From IMG/VR virus record IMGVR_UViG_3300031963_006119: 64,000 nucleotides of DNA. One strand, 5' to 3'. The stretch is from a virus. Taxonomy: Duplodnaviria; Heunggongvirae; Uroviricota; Caudoviricetes. This document shows, piece after piece, positions 27,044 through 36,651 of this stretch (its first letter is position 1; each line of letters opens with the position of its first letter). The notes beneath the pieces were generated by a model, which did not search any database, had not been told where the DNA came from, and saw only the letters and a program-made list of their open reading frames with translations. Made by a program: the position numbers and the translations under genes.

Positions 27044-27868
27044 ATGAGCAAACTTCCTGACCCAAACGATCTTGATTGGGGCGCAATGAGCAAAAAACAA
27101 TTCAAGTATATGGAAATGGCTTACGAGCTTGCTGACGAAGAAGACGAAGCTCTTACTAGGCCTAAGACTCGAGTACAGCCCCTAAAGAAAAAAATGTTCA
27201 AAACTCAGGAAGTACTAGCTGTGGCATTTGCGGCTCAGGCTAGAAACAGTGGCTATGTTAAAGTTACTGAACGTTTTAACGAACCTGAGAACAAGACTCG
27301 TTTTGCAAATAAAGAACTGGTAAAATTTCATTACGCTGAACCTTCGCAGTGGATTCCACCAGACCATATTCCGTTAACAGTAACAGAAGATGACTATGAA
27401 AATGTAGACATTGCTCTTAAACATTTTAGACGCTATACTCTAGGTGTTATTGGCAATCAACTCACTGGCTTCCAGAAAGATGTATTTGATGCAGTTAATT
27501 TGGACGAAGTGGACGGCGGAAAACTAGGTGTCTTATCCTATGTTCCAGAATTGGTAAAGCGCGAAGTTGAAGAAAATAAATTTAAGAAGCTGTTGCGTAC
27601 AGAATATCATGCTAGTCAAGACATAGGCAAAGAAGGCGATTCCATTGAAGGTGTAATGAAGATTCTTAGCCGATTCTATTCAGAGCAATGGCAGAGCTAT
27701 AACTATGTTGCTGACTATATGGGTAACCTAGTTAGCTTTATGAACAAGTACGAACACGCAGTTGACGAAAGAAAGAAGTTTAAAGCCAAAGTTAAAGGAC
27801 ACGGAAAAAATAGAACTTTTGAAGTTCCTGAGACTAGGCTTAATCACGTTAAATTATATAAAGTATAA
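27044..27868 (+). CDS. hypothetical protein
   Basis: RBS GAGAGG; 274 aa. Confidence 0.45.
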   Translation: MSKLPDPNDLDWGAMSKKQFKYMEMAYELADEEDEALTRPKTRVQPLKKKMFKTQEVLAVAFAAQARNSGYVKVTERFNEPENKTRFANKELVKFHYAEPSQWIPPDHIPLTVTEDDYENVDIALKHFRRYTLGVIGNQLTGFQKDVFDAVNLDEVDGGKLGVLSYVPELVKREVEENKFKKLLRTEYHASQDIGKEGDSIEGVMKILSRFYSEQWQSYNYVADYMGNLVSFMNKYEHAVDERKKFKAKVKGHGKNRTFEVPETRLNHVKLYKV

Positions 27869-27870
27869 CA

Positions 27871-28728
27871 ATGAAAATTACAGTTGTATCAGATCTGCAT
27901 TTAGAGTTTTCTGATTGCTACGATATTAAGAACGCAGACAATGCTGATGTTCTGATTCTCTCAGGCGACATTATGGTTGCTGAGGATCTGCACGACCATC
28001 CAAACTTTGATTTCAATCCTTATAGTCATGGTGCGTTTGCTGACCTTGGTCGCAAGCAACAACGAGTAGCCACCTTCCGTGATTTCTTAAAGCGGATGAG
28101 CAACTTGTTTCCACATGTAATCTATATTGCAGGTAATCATGAGTTCTATCATGGCAAGTGGGTTAAAGGTATTCAGTACCTCAGAGATGAGTGTGCTAAG
28201 TTTCCTAATGTCTACTTCTTAGAGCGTGATGTTAAAGTTATTGACGATGTTGTGTTTGTCGGCGGAACTTTGTGGACTGACATGAACAAGCATGATCCGT
28301 TGACTCTGCATGCTGTGCGTGATATGATGAACGATTTCCGCATCATTAAAAACGATGAAAGAGGATTCACTCCGTTAAAACCTGCTGACACAGTTATTCG
28401 TCACCGTGAAACGCTTCAGTATGTTAAGCATATTCTTAGCGAACACAAAGACAAACGCTGTGTAGTAGTTGGACATCATAGTCCTAGTTTGCAAAGCATA
28501 CACCCTACATATGCAAGTGAGTTTTTGATGAACGGTGCATATCACAGTGATTTGAGTGAGTTCATTTTGGATCATCCACAAGTCAAACTGTGGACACACG
28601 GACATACTCATCATCCGTTTGATTATATGATTGGCGAAACACGAATTGTGTGTAACCCACGTGGTTATGAAAACGATGGTTACAGCGAAGACACAGGTTG
28701 GAATCCAAACATCATAATTGAAGTCTAA
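27871..28728 (+). CDS. calcineurin-like metallophosphoesterase
   Basis: DLHLEF, GDIMVA, GNHEFYHG, GHHSPS, HGHTH motifs. Confidence 0.65.
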   Translation: MKITVVSDLHLEFSDCYDIKNADNADVLILSGDIMVAEDLHDHPNFDFNPYSHGAFADLGRKQQRVATFRDFLKRMSNLFPHVIYIAGNHEFYHGKWVKGIQYLRDECAKFPNVYFLERDVKVIDDVVFVGGTLWTDMNKHDPLTLHAVRDMMNDFRIIKNDERGFTPLKPADTVIRHRETLQYVKHILSEHKDKRCVVVGHHSPSLQSIHPTYASEFLMNGAYHSDLSEFILDHPQVKLWTHGHTHHPFDYMIGETRIVCNPRGYENDGYSEDTGWNPNIIIEV

Positions 28729-28963
28729 CGTGAGCGAAGATATCTTTGCTGACTGGAAGAAGAATCGGTTCATAGTGGCCGATTCTTCTCTTACCGGTAC
28801 AGAAAAACACATAATAGTTTTAACTGATTTAGCATACTGGATAGAACATGCTGATGCTCTTGTAGAATGGTGCAGACATAATCCAAAAGCACAAACGCAG
28901 GGTATGACAGTTGAAATATCAGATGACAAAACTCTAACGCATTTTATATTAAAGTGGACATGA
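28718..28963 (+). CDS. small protein, member of LRW/LKW-tail paralog family
   Basis: Ends ...THFILKWT; compare 28954, 32808, 33116 ORFs. Confidence 0.4.
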   Translation: MKSNVSEDIFADWKKNRFIVADSSLTGTEKHIIVLTDLAYWIEHADALVEWCRHNPKAQTQGMTVEISDDKTLTHFILKWT

Positions 28964-29217
28964 ACATAGAACAAGATATCATTAATCGGGCTGGTAAGCG
29001 AATGTCCGACGAGATAGACTTTCATATCTTATCCGAAATGTTGATTGAATTAGGTTGGACTAAAATTGTGCTCAAACCAATGACACAAGAAACAGGGCAA
29101 GTTCTTGACACTTGGGTTGAGAAAAATGTCAAAGGACCTTTTGAGACAATGGGCTTAGTGTGGTTGTTTCAAGATTCTAAAGATGCTACAATGTTTATTT
29201 TACGGTGGGTCTCTTAA
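28954..29217 (+). CDS. small protein, LRW-tail paralog family
   Basis: Ends ...TMFILRWVS. Confidence 0.4.
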   Translation: MDMNIEQDIINRAGKRMSDEIDFHILSEMLIELGWTKIVLKPMTQETGQVLDTWVEKNVKGPFETMGLVWLFQDSKDATMFILRWVS

Positions 29218-29676
29218 ATGAAAGTTATTTTCTATAAAAAAATTGGACGCAAGTACGAAGCTGTATCAGAATACGACAACGAACTATTAGATGCGTTTCC
29301 CAAAGGTGATCATTTAGTGTCCGTTTACCCAGGCGGTGGCAGTAGACGTTTTAACATTGATCCAAACTATGCGGCTATGATTGCCGCTGGGCGTGTTGCT
29401 GAAGATGCTATCTGTCGTAAGATACAGGAAGCTACAGAACTACGCCCAATGAGCAGAGAGATAGACGAACACACTCAACGCAAATGGAAAGAATTTATTT
29501 CTGACGTGCCGGAAGAATTTCGTTTCATGTTTTCACATGGTTCTGCTCGAGATGCTGCCGAAGCTGGGGTCAAAGCCATGCAGGAAGAGGCAGACAAATT
29601 AATGACAAATCATGCTGTGCGCAAGGCATTTGAAAAATTTTTATTGGTTGCAAATTTAACAAAGGAAAATCACTAA
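29218..29676 (+). CDS. hypothetical protein
   Basis: 152-aa ORF. Confidence 0.45.
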   Translation: MKVIFYKKIGRKYEAVSEYDNELLDAFPKGDHLVSVYPGGGSRRFNIDPNYAAMIAAGRVAEDAICRKIQEATELRPMSREIDEHTQRKWKEFISDVPEEFRFMFSHGSARDAAEAGVKAMQEEADKLMTNHAVRKAFEKFLLVANLTKENH

Positions 29677-29852
29677 TGGCAAAAATTGTTCTATCATTTA
29701 TCATCTTATCTTTTATTTTCTATTTTGGCATTACTGCTGTAAGATCAATGTCAGGAAAAGAGAAATGGGCCTTGACAAAAACTGTAGCATACAGTACAAT
29801 TGTCGCATTACTAGCTGTTCTAGTGATGATGGTAATCGTAATTTTATTCTAA
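29676..29852 (+). CDS. small two-TM membrane protein (58 aa, below ORF-track cutoff)
   Basis: TAATG overlap with upstream stop; MAKIVLSFIILSFIFYFGITAV...VAYSTIVALLAVLVMMVIVILF. Confidence 0.4.
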   Translation: MAKIVLSFIILSFIFYFGITAVRSMSGKEKWALTKTVAYSTIVALLAVLVMMVIVILF

Positions 29853-29861
29853 GGAAACACA

Positions 29862-30656
29862 ATGAAACGTATTTTTACTCTTGCAGTTCTTGCCGCCGCA
29901 GTTCTTGCTACTGGATGTACTCGTATCGAAACTGGTGAAGTTGGTGTACGAGTTGGATTTGACAAACAGGTACAGCCAGGTGAGCTGTTGCCCGGCTCGT
30001 TCAATCAAGTGTTGATTGGTGATGTGCTAACATTTCCAATCAAGGATGTTAATGTTACACTAGAGAATATGACTCCAGTGGCCAAAGACAACTCAACAAT
30101 GAAAGACTTGGATGCTGTGGTTGTTTACAACATCAATCCACAACAAGTGTCTGAACTGTACGCTACAAAGAATAGAGCATTTCACGCAGAGTTCAAAGGC
30201 GACACCTATGTGATGTACAACTACATTGTTCAGAATGCTCGTAATGCTATCTACAAGGCCGCACGTAAGTACGAAGCACTGGATATGGCAGACAACCGCG
30301 GTGAAATGGAAAAGTTCATCCAGGAAGAAATTGTTCGAAACCTAGCAGACGAAAAGTTGGACGGCAGTATTATGATTAGCCAAGTGCTGATTCGTAACGT
30401 TGTGCCAGCAGACAGTGTTGTTGAAAGTGCTAACGCATTGGTTCGAAGCAAGAACGAATTGAAGCAGAAGGAAGTTGAAGTTAAGACTGCTGAAGCCGAA
30501 AGCCGTAGAATGGCAGCACTAGCCAACAACTCAGGTGCAAGTATTCAGTTCATGCAGGCACAGGCCATGTTGAACATCAGTGAAGGTATTAAGAACGGAC
30601 AGGTACAGACCATTGTTGTGCCCAGTAACTTTAATGCATTAATGATGAACAAATAA
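29862..30656 (+). CDS. SPFH/band-7 domain lipoprotein
   Basis: Lipobox LATGCT. RIETGEVGVRVGFDKQVQPGELLPG...P matches the start of SPFH domains. C-terminal coiled coil. Confidence 0.5.
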   Translation: MKRIFTLAVLAAAVLATGCTRIETGEVGVRVGFDKQVQPGELLPGSFNQVLIGDVLTFPIKDVNVTLENMTPVAKDNSTMKDLDAVVVYNINPQQVSELYATKNRAFHAEFKGDTYVMYNYIVQNARNAIYKAARKYEALDMADNRGEMEKFIQEEIVRNLADEKLDGSIMISQVLIRNVVPADSVVESANALVRSKNELKQKEVEVKTAEAESRRMAALANNSGASIQFMQAQAMLNISEGIKNGQVQTIVVPSNFNALMMNK

Positions 30657-30658
30657 TT

Positions 30659-30853
30659 ATGGATATGAATCAAGCGGCTGTATTTTTAGCAGGAAGTATT
30701 TTAATAATGTTAGGATTTGTTATTGTTGTAGCAGGAACCATCGCTATAAACAATATGATCCATAAATATTGGAAACCAGTAAAGATATGGACATTTGAAT
30801 CATATCCCCCCAGCGTTATGATACAGCAGAAAGACGAAAATAAAACTACGTAA
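30659..30853 (+). CDS. small membrane protein
   Basis: One TM (AAVFLAGSILIMLGFVIVVAGTIAI). Confidence 0.4.
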   Translation: MDMNQAAVFLAGSILIMLGFVIVVAGTIAINNMIHKYWKPVKIWTFESYPPSVMIQQKDENKTT

Positions 30854-30865
30854 TGTCTGTATAAA

Positions 30866-30904
30866 GAAAAGGGTCTTGACGACCCTTTTCTTTTGTGCTA
30901 TAAT
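30866..30904 (+). promoter_or_regulatory. overlapping terminator hairpin and TTGACG-17-TATAAT promoter
   Basis: AAAGGGTC-TTGAC-GACCCTTT hairpin + T-run; TTGACG 30876-30881 and TATAAT 30899-30904. Confidence 0.5.
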
Positions 30905-30932
30905 ACACAAATAGCAACACAGAAAGAATCCT

Positions 30933-31337
30933 ATGGAATTCAAAGTCAGCGGTAGTAAACGAAATAAAAAGTTTGTAGAAGCTATTCTTCCTAGTTTGAT
31001 TACACAACTTGGTTTGGATTCAAGTCGTAAGGCTGTTATAATCCAAATTGAAGATGACGGAACAGCTAATATGGGATCAACTATTCCTGTTGACGTGTTA
31101 GACTCTTATATTGTTGTAGTTAAGCCACATCGTAATCTTAAAGAAATTGGGTTTACACTAGCACATGAAATGGTGCATGTCCGTCAAATGGCCAAGGGCA
31201 TACTAAAAAGTGTCAAAAATGGTTATACGTGGGCCGGCAAGCGTTATAGCAACAAAACAAAATATTTAGATATGCCCTGGGAACAGGATGCATTTGCTCG
31301 GCAAGAAATTATTTTTCGTAGGGCGATTGAAGAATGA
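30933..31337 (+). CDS. HExxH zinc metallopeptidase-like protein (paralog of 24710-25228)
   Basis: LAHEMVHVRQMAKG. Confidence 0.45.
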   Translation: MEFKVSGSKRNKKFVEAILPSLITQLGLDSSRKAVIIQIEDDGTANMGSTIPVDVLDSYIVVVKPHRNLKEIGFTLAHEMVHVRQMAKGILKSVKNGYTWAGKRYSNKTKYLDMPWEQDAFARQEIIFRRAIEE

Positions 31338-31516
31338 ACGAACGAATTCAAGAACTTGAAATCCAATGTTGGGAGCCTCGTCAGTATGGACCTGCTTGGT
31401 TTAACTCAACAAAGTTCGCCGAGTTGATTGTTCGGGAATGTATGTCTAATTTATATCTACATGGGTATGACGATGCTAGGGCACAGATTAAACAGCATTT
31501 TGGAGTTGAAGAATGA
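31334..31516 (+). CDS. small protein, FAELIVREC paralog A
   Basis: Begins MNERIQELE...KFAELIVRECMSN; tandem paralog follows. Confidence 0.45.
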   Translation: MNERIQELEIQCWEPRQYGPAWFNSTKFAELIVRECMSNLYLHGYDDARAQIKQHFGVEE

Positions 31517-31806
31517 ATGAACGAATTAAGACCCTAGCCAAAGTCGCTGGCTACGATGAAATTAACAAAGCCGCAATGAAGTTGATAGGGTTTGACCCAG
31601 AAAAGTTCGCCGAATTGATTGTGCGAGAATGTTGTCTAGCATTGAATCCCATGTTGCGTGATATGATCAGTCGCGGGCAGGGAGTAGACATGATTAAACT
31701 ACATTTTGGAATGAATCCCAAAGAAATCACAACTGCTATGCTTGACGCCTCCATTGCACAATGCGAACAAGAATTAGTAAAAAAGAATGAACGAACAGAT
31801 GTTTGA
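31513..31806 (+). CDS. small protein, FAELIVREC paralog B
   Basis: Begins MNERIKTLA...KFAELIVRECCLA. Confidence 0.45.
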   Translation: MNERIKTLAKVAGYDEINKAAMKLIGFDPEKFAELIVRECCLALNPMLRDMISRGQGVDMIKLHFGMNPKEITTAMLDASIAQCEQELVKKNERTDV

Positions 31807-31860
31807 CAAAAGAGATAACATCATTTATAATGAAACATCAGTAAACAATAAGGAACAAAA

Positions 31861-32574
31861 ATGCTTACAGTAAAAGAATGGATGGAATTAGTTGATTATC
31901 GTATCACCGAAGGCGGGGATTACGGTTGGATGTGTTTTGGCCCAGACGCTTATAGTTTAAGTTCTTGGAATGGTGATCATGACGGCTACAGTTTTAATAT
32001 TGTTTTTGACACTAGAACTCAAACAGTATATACTGTAGAAGTATGCGATTATAAAAACGAACGTGCATATCGTATTATCAACCCTTTGTTTAAAACCATC
32101 CACGACAGTGAATCTGAGGATCGTGGTGTACTAGGCAATCAAGCCTGGGATGATGTTAATTGGATTGATTTGGAAGCTGACGACGACTTTATCCAAAAAG
32201 GACTTGCTATTCGTGATGGCGAAGATTACGACACTCGTGTAAGCGTTCCGTTGGACTTGCCCGATGATATGCTGTTTGATCTTATGAAGCAGGCACATGA
32301 GCGTGACATTACACTTAATGAACTGATGGAAGATGTTATTCGCAATGCTGTTGATAATGCAAAAAAAGATCCAGATGCATTTAAGGAAAGTTTTAGCGAG
32401 TTTCATAATGCTAAACCTGCAATGATGAAATCAAAAAAAAAAGAAAAAGTAAAGCGTAAACACCTAGCATATGAACTGCTAGGCGTTATCACTGATGTTG
32501 AGGAAGGCGCAGGCTTTGACGATATATGTTTAGAAACTATTAAAAGAGTTTGCGGCGAACTACAAAATGATTGA
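31861..32574 (+). CDS. hypothetical acidic protein
   Basis: 237 aa. Confidence 0.45.
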   Translation: MLTVKEWMELVDYRITEGGDYGWMCFGPDAYSLSSWNGDHDGYSFNIVFDTRTQTVYTVEVCDYKNERAYRIINPLFKTIHDSESEDRGVLGNQAWDDVNWIDLEADDDFIQKGLAIRDGEDYDTRVSVPLDLPDDMLFDLMKQAHERDITLNELMEDVIRNAVDNAKKDPDAFKESFSEFHNAKPAMMKSKKKEKVKRKHLAYELLGVITDVEEGAGFDDICLETIKRVCGELQND

Positions 32575-32807
32575 CTTACACTTTAGCATTAGGAATCCGT
32601 GGAGCAAAAAATGGCGCAACATTCGCTGTTGGCATGGTAATACTCCTTGGGATCGCAAGCACTGGGAAGTTGAAGTCATACAAAGTGCAGATCTAATTGC
32701 TTTTACATTTTCATTAACACACAGACAGGACCATGCTGGTATTAGAATTAGTACCGCATTACTCGGATATGAAATACAAGCGACGATCTACGATTCAAGA
32801 CACTGGG

Positions 32808-33134
32808 ATGAAAAGACAGCGTCCTATCACAGTTGAAGACTATCTAGCCAGCGAGGATGAACTAGTGTTCTTTTGGGATCCAAGCTCAATTAAACCGCCT
32901 GAGGATTTAATGAGCAAGGCTATACGAGTTCTTATTAGCGATCCCAAAGATCATCACGGTGTTCGAGGACTTGATATTAAAAGATGGGCTCAAGCCAACT
33001 GCAAAACTTTCTTTTGGTATGATGTTACTGACGTAAGTGATGCAAGTTATATCACTGACGAAATTCACGCATACTATTTTATCGATGAAAAAGATGTAAC
33101 ATTTTTTATGCTTCGATGGGGCGGACAGATGTGA
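32808..33134 (+). CDS. small protein, LRW-tail paralog family (start chosen at internal Met)
   Basis: Ends ...VTFFMLRWGGQM; ORF 32567-32836 overlaps and may instead be real upstream. Confidence 0.35.
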   Translation: MKRQRPITVEDYLASEDELVFFWDPSSIKPPEDLMSKAIRVLISDPKDHHGVRGLDIKRWAQANCKTFFWYDVTDVSDASYITDEIHAYYFIDEKDVTFFMLRWGGQM

Positions 33135-33355
33135 TAGAATATCGTCATCTTGATCATGAAGTTCTAATTGATGCTCATAAACACGGACCTGCCAGTAAAT
33201 GGTGCATTGATCAGTTTGGAGCTCGATGGGAAGCTATAGGTAATCGATCTGGACGCTGGTGTCTCTTTTGGGCCGGCCGTGATGCTCCTAAAAAATATAG
33301 GTTCTGCTTTGCTGACGAGCAAGATATGGTTTGGTTCGTATTAAGGTGGTTGTAA
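33116..33355 (+). CDS. small protein, LRW-tail paralog family
   Basis: Ends ...MVWFVLRWL. Confidence 0.4.
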   Translation: MGRTDVIEYRHLDHEVLIDAHKHGPASKWCIDQFGARWEAIGNRSGRWCLFWAGRDAPKKYRFCFADEQDMVWFVLRWL

Positions 33356-33357
33356 AA

Positions 33358-33744
33358 ATGAATGATATAAAAGAATTCTGTCACAAGTATGATGCATATG
33401 TACAAGAAAGCAAGCGCATGCATCGTAGAAGTCGCCGTATTGATTATAAGATGTGGAGTGAAAGCGACCCTAACATATATCAAGCTATTCCTTACGATGA
33501 AGTTAAGTGCGTAGAAATTCACCTGCCTGAGGATCGATTCCGTGCTCTATTAGAACATGACGAATGGTTATCAAAAGCAGGGTTACATGACAACAATTTC
33601 TTCAATAACAACGTAAGTCGAGTATCAAATCTAGTAGTACAAGCTGAACGAGAAACTCGCATACGACATGAAAATCCAAGTGTAAGAATTGCTTGGGAAA
33701 AATATCAAACATTGTTAAGATTAGTAGATAGCCATTATGATTAA
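33358..33744 (+). CDS. hypothetical protein (paralog of 34661-35065)
   Basis: Shared C-terminal block NPSVRIAWEKYQTLLRLV versus NPSVQLAWEKYKLLAGLS. Confidence 0.45.
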   Translation: MNDIKEFCHKYDAYVQESKRMHRRSRRIDYKMWSESDPNIYQAIPYDEVKCVEIHLPEDRFRALLEHDEWLSKAGLHDNNFFNNNVSRVSNLVVQAERETRIRHENPSVRIAWEKYQTLLRLVDSHYD

Positions 33745-34066
33745 AGAGCGTAAATTTCTTGCCTATTGGGACTGTCTTGGATTTGAAGGAATCTGGGACA
33801 TCACTACCTACGAGCGCCAAAAGCTTCTAGCTGATCTTAAGAATACTACGGTAACTGCTCCGGTTAATCTTAACGCTATGATGCTGAGAGCTAGATACAA
33901 TCCACAACGTAGTCCTGAGATTTGGTTGTTTACTGCTACTGATACAATTAGGCAAGAAGAGTTAATGGATATTGCTCGAGACAATCCGCAGTATCTTGTG
34001 GACCTAATTCGCGAGCGAGGTACTAGTCTTTATCGTAACACACCGCAGAAACAAGTTATTACATGA
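33737..34066 (+). CDS. hypothetical protein
   Basis: 109 aa. Confidence 0.4.
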   Translation: MIKERKFLAYWDCLGFEGIWDITTYERQKLLADLKNTTVTAPVNLNAMMLRARYNPQRSPEIWLFTATDTIRQEELMDIARDNPQYLVDLIRERGTSLYRNTPQKQVIT

Positions 34067-34698
34067 TTAAGCTACAGGGCAAACTCCCTCGTGATATTGT
34101 ACTGGCCTGTTCAGGCGGTGTAGACTCAATGGCTGCACTAGATTTCTTGCGTAGAAATCATCGTGTAACTGTGGCCTACTTTAATCATAAAACTGAGCAT
34201 GGACAAAAAGCTGGTGCTTGGCTTAGAGAACAATGCCGTACCAAGTATACTGATGTTCGATACAGAGAACACACTATTGAAGGCGAATGTCCAAAAAATA
34301 TGAGCAAAGAAGAATGGTGGCGTAATGAACGCTATGCTTGGTTCAATGGTGAAGCTTGGAAAGGCCATACTGTAGTAACTGCACACCATTTGGATGATTG
34401 TGTAGAGACTTGGATTTGGAGTAGTATGCATGGTACAGCAAAAATTATTCCGTACACTCGGCAAAATGTAGTACGACCGTTTCGCTTAACCAGAAAGAGG
34501 GACTTCGAACTGTGGACAAATTTAAATAACATTGAGTATATAGAGGATGACAGTAATGCAAATATCTGTTATACTCGTAACTATATTAGACATGAGATGA
34601 TGCCGCATGTATTAAAAGTAAACCCAGGCATTCATAAACTTATTGCGAAGAGAGTACGAAATGAAGATTGGACTGAGTTACAGCCGATGTGTGCGTGA
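34063..34698 (+). CDS. tilS: PP-loop ATPase, TilS-like tRNA(Ile)-lysidine synthetase catalytic domain
   Basis: PP-loop LACSGGVDSMAAL. HTVVTAHHLDDCVETWIWSSMHG matches TilS block (TAHHLDDQ.ET). 211 aa, an N-terminal domain only. Confidence 0.6.
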   Translation: MIKLQGKLPRDIVLACSGGVDSMAALDFLRRNHRVTVAYFNHKTEHGQKAGAWLREQCRTKYTDVRYREHTIEGECPKNMSKEEWWRNERYAWFNGEAWKGHTVVTAHHLDDCVETWIWSSMHGTAKIIPYTRQNVVRPFRLTRKRDFELWTNLNNIEYIEDDSNANICYTRNYIRHEMMPHVLKVNPGIHKLIAKRVRNEDWTELQPMCA

Positions 34699-35065
34699 TA
34701 TTGTTGACGGAAAAGTAGACATTGACGATGTGTTGGTGTTGATCACTCGCACTGATTTTGATCCGAGAGATGCTGATCAATGGAAAGGTATCTGGGAAGG
34801 ATACGGGGGCGGCCAAACTTTTGGTAACCCACTTAGTAATCCAGAATGGATGGACTATCCTGCAGAGGATGAAGATCGATTTCGTAGCGTAAGCATTGAA
34901 CTTTGGGAAACTGGTAAACTGCACCAACCTCGCAAGTTTGGGTCTCACCCTCGACGATTGCCCTACTACTGGTTAGAAACGTTTGCTCCTGAAACAGAAG
35001 TTGCATCTAACCCCTCAGTACAACTCGCTTGGGAAAAATATAAACTTCTAGCAGGTCTAAGCTGA
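34661..35065 (+). CDS. hypothetical protein (paralog of 33358-33744)
   Basis: See 33358. Confidence 0.45.
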   Translation: MKIGLSYSRCVRDIVDGKVDIDDVLVLITRTDFDPRDADQWKGIWEGYGGGQTFGNPLSNPEWMDYPAEDEDRFRSVSIELWETGKLHQPRKFGSHPRRLPYYWLETFAPETEVASNPSVQLAWEKYKLLAGLS

Positions 35066-35502
35066 TGCTGGTTAATGTAACACATGATTCTCACTTAGCG
35101 TATTTAAAAGATGACCCTGTACGTCCGCACATACCCGTAGAGTTTAGGATTAGAAAACCCAATCAAGTTTGGTTATTAGAAGATGATTTTAGCGGTAGTG
35201 TACATGGCGTAATCTGTGTTGCATATACACACACTGTACCTACCACAGAACAAGAGTTAATGAACTTCTGCGACAACGATGGTGATATTGTTGTGTTTTA
35301 TACAGTATGGAGTTATACCAAAGGTGCAGGTCGAGACATAGTATTTGGTGTTGCGAGACATATCAAACAAACTAGAAAAGTTAGTCGGTATGTAACATTA
35401 AGCCCTAAGACAGAAATGGCTAGAAAGTTTCACTTAGCCAACGGAGCAATAGTTTTACAAGAAAACCCAGAAAGTGTTAATTACGAATATTTGGAGATAT
35501 AA
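35065..35502 (+). CDS. hypothetical protein
   Basis: ATG overlapping previous stop. Confidence 0.45.
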   Translation: MLVNVTHDSHLAYLKDDPVRPHIPVEFRIRKPNQVWLLEDDFSGSVHGVICVAYTHTVPTTEQELMNFCDNDGDIVVFYTVWSYTKGAGRDIVFGVARHIKQTRKVSRYVTLSPKTEMARKFHLANGAIVLQENPESVNYEYLEI

Positions 35503-35975
35503 TGGAAGATACCAACGAGTATGAAGAATTTGCTAAACGCATGGAAGAACGTTTTCCAAAAATGTTCGAAGGCAGATATGGTGGCTTTGCTGTAGGTGCG
35601 GGTTGGTATCCTATTATCGAAGCATTGTGTGCTAACATTCAAAGTCACGCAGATTGGCGAAACGATCAACGAAAACGGCTGTTAGAAAATAACAAGTATG
35701 TTCATCCAATACCCGAAGCAGTTCCGCAAGTAACTGTGGAACAGATTAAAGAAAAGTTTGGCGGACTACGCTTCTACTACCAAGGCGGCGACGACACTAT
35801 TGCAGGCATGGTACGTATGGCAGAAGCCTGGGCAGATGCAAGTTGCGAAGAGTGTGGTGCTCCTGGTACACAGCGTAATGGCGGATGGATTAGAACATTG
35901 TGTGATCTGCATGAGAATGAACATCAAGAACGATTACGCAGTCAAGAAATGAAAATGTCAGGATTTGAAGAATGA
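35502..35975 (+). CDS. hypothetical protein with C-terminal Cys cluster
   Basis: CEECGAPG...C..H zinc-ribbon-like. Confidence 0.45.
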   Translation: MEDTNEYEEFAKRMEERFPKMFEGRYGGFAVGAGWYPIIEALCANIQSHADWRNDQRKRLLENNKYVHPIPEAVPQVTVEQIKEKFGGLRFYYQGGDDTIAGMVRMAEAWADASCEECGAPGTQRNGGWIRTLCDLHENEHQERLRSQEMKMSGFEE

Positions 35976-36208
35976 GCGGCACGCCAGCAGACAAGAGTCC
36001 TGGTATAACAGGTTTCATTGAAATCTTTGAAGGTAGGCTAGCTAAAATGAAGCTACACCTTAAAGAAGAACTAGATAAGGCCAAAAGCGACAGAGATCGT
36101 AAAAGCATACGTAGGATTACTGCTGATGCTAGAAAGCTCAACCGGACACTAAAAGAAATGCGTAATGCTACAGCTAGGCATTGCCCACATTGCGGAGAGA
36201 AAATATGA
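35972..36208 (+). CDS. small basic protein with C-terminal CxxC
   Basis: ARHCPHCGEKI end. Confidence 0.4.
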   Translation: MSGTPADKSPGITGFIEIFEGRLAKMKLHLKEELDKAKSDRDRKSIRRITADARKLNRTLKEMRNATARHCPHCGEKI

Positions 36209-36651
36209 AGCCACAAGCACCAGCAGAAGGTATTTTAAAAACTAACGACTTTGGAAATTCAAAATGGTATCACGTAGTATGCGGATGCGGACAACCAGAT
36301 CATGCTTTAACTGTAGAAGTAGAAGCAGACGAAATGGGTGTTAGTGTGAACACATATGCTACAGTTAAAACTGACTACTGGACTGAAGCAGTTAAAAAGC
36401 GTTACGATATCAATAGTCCTTGGTTGCAAGAGTGGGATTGGTTTTGGAAAGATCTAGTAAACGGTGTTGTTACTAGGCTGCGCTTAACATGGGACGTTTG
36501 GACTAAAGGTTATGTTCGTGCAGAAACTACTGTTTTAATGAGTGAACAGCAGGCAATCAATTATGCACATACATTGACAAGTGCAGTCAAAGATGTTAAA
36601 CTGTTTAGAGATGAAAGTTTAAAGGAAGTACAAAATGGCTCAACACGGTAA
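36205..36651 (+). CDS. hypothetical protein
   Basis: RBS GGAGAGAAAATATG internal start. Confidence 0.4.
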   Translation: MKPQAPAEGILKTNDFGNSKWYHVVCGCGQPDHALTVEVEADEMGVSVNTYATVKTDYWTEAVKKRYDINSPWLQEWDWFWKDLVNGVVTRLRLTWDVWTKGYVRAETTVLMSEQQAINYAHTLTSAVKDVKLFRDESLKEVQNGSTR

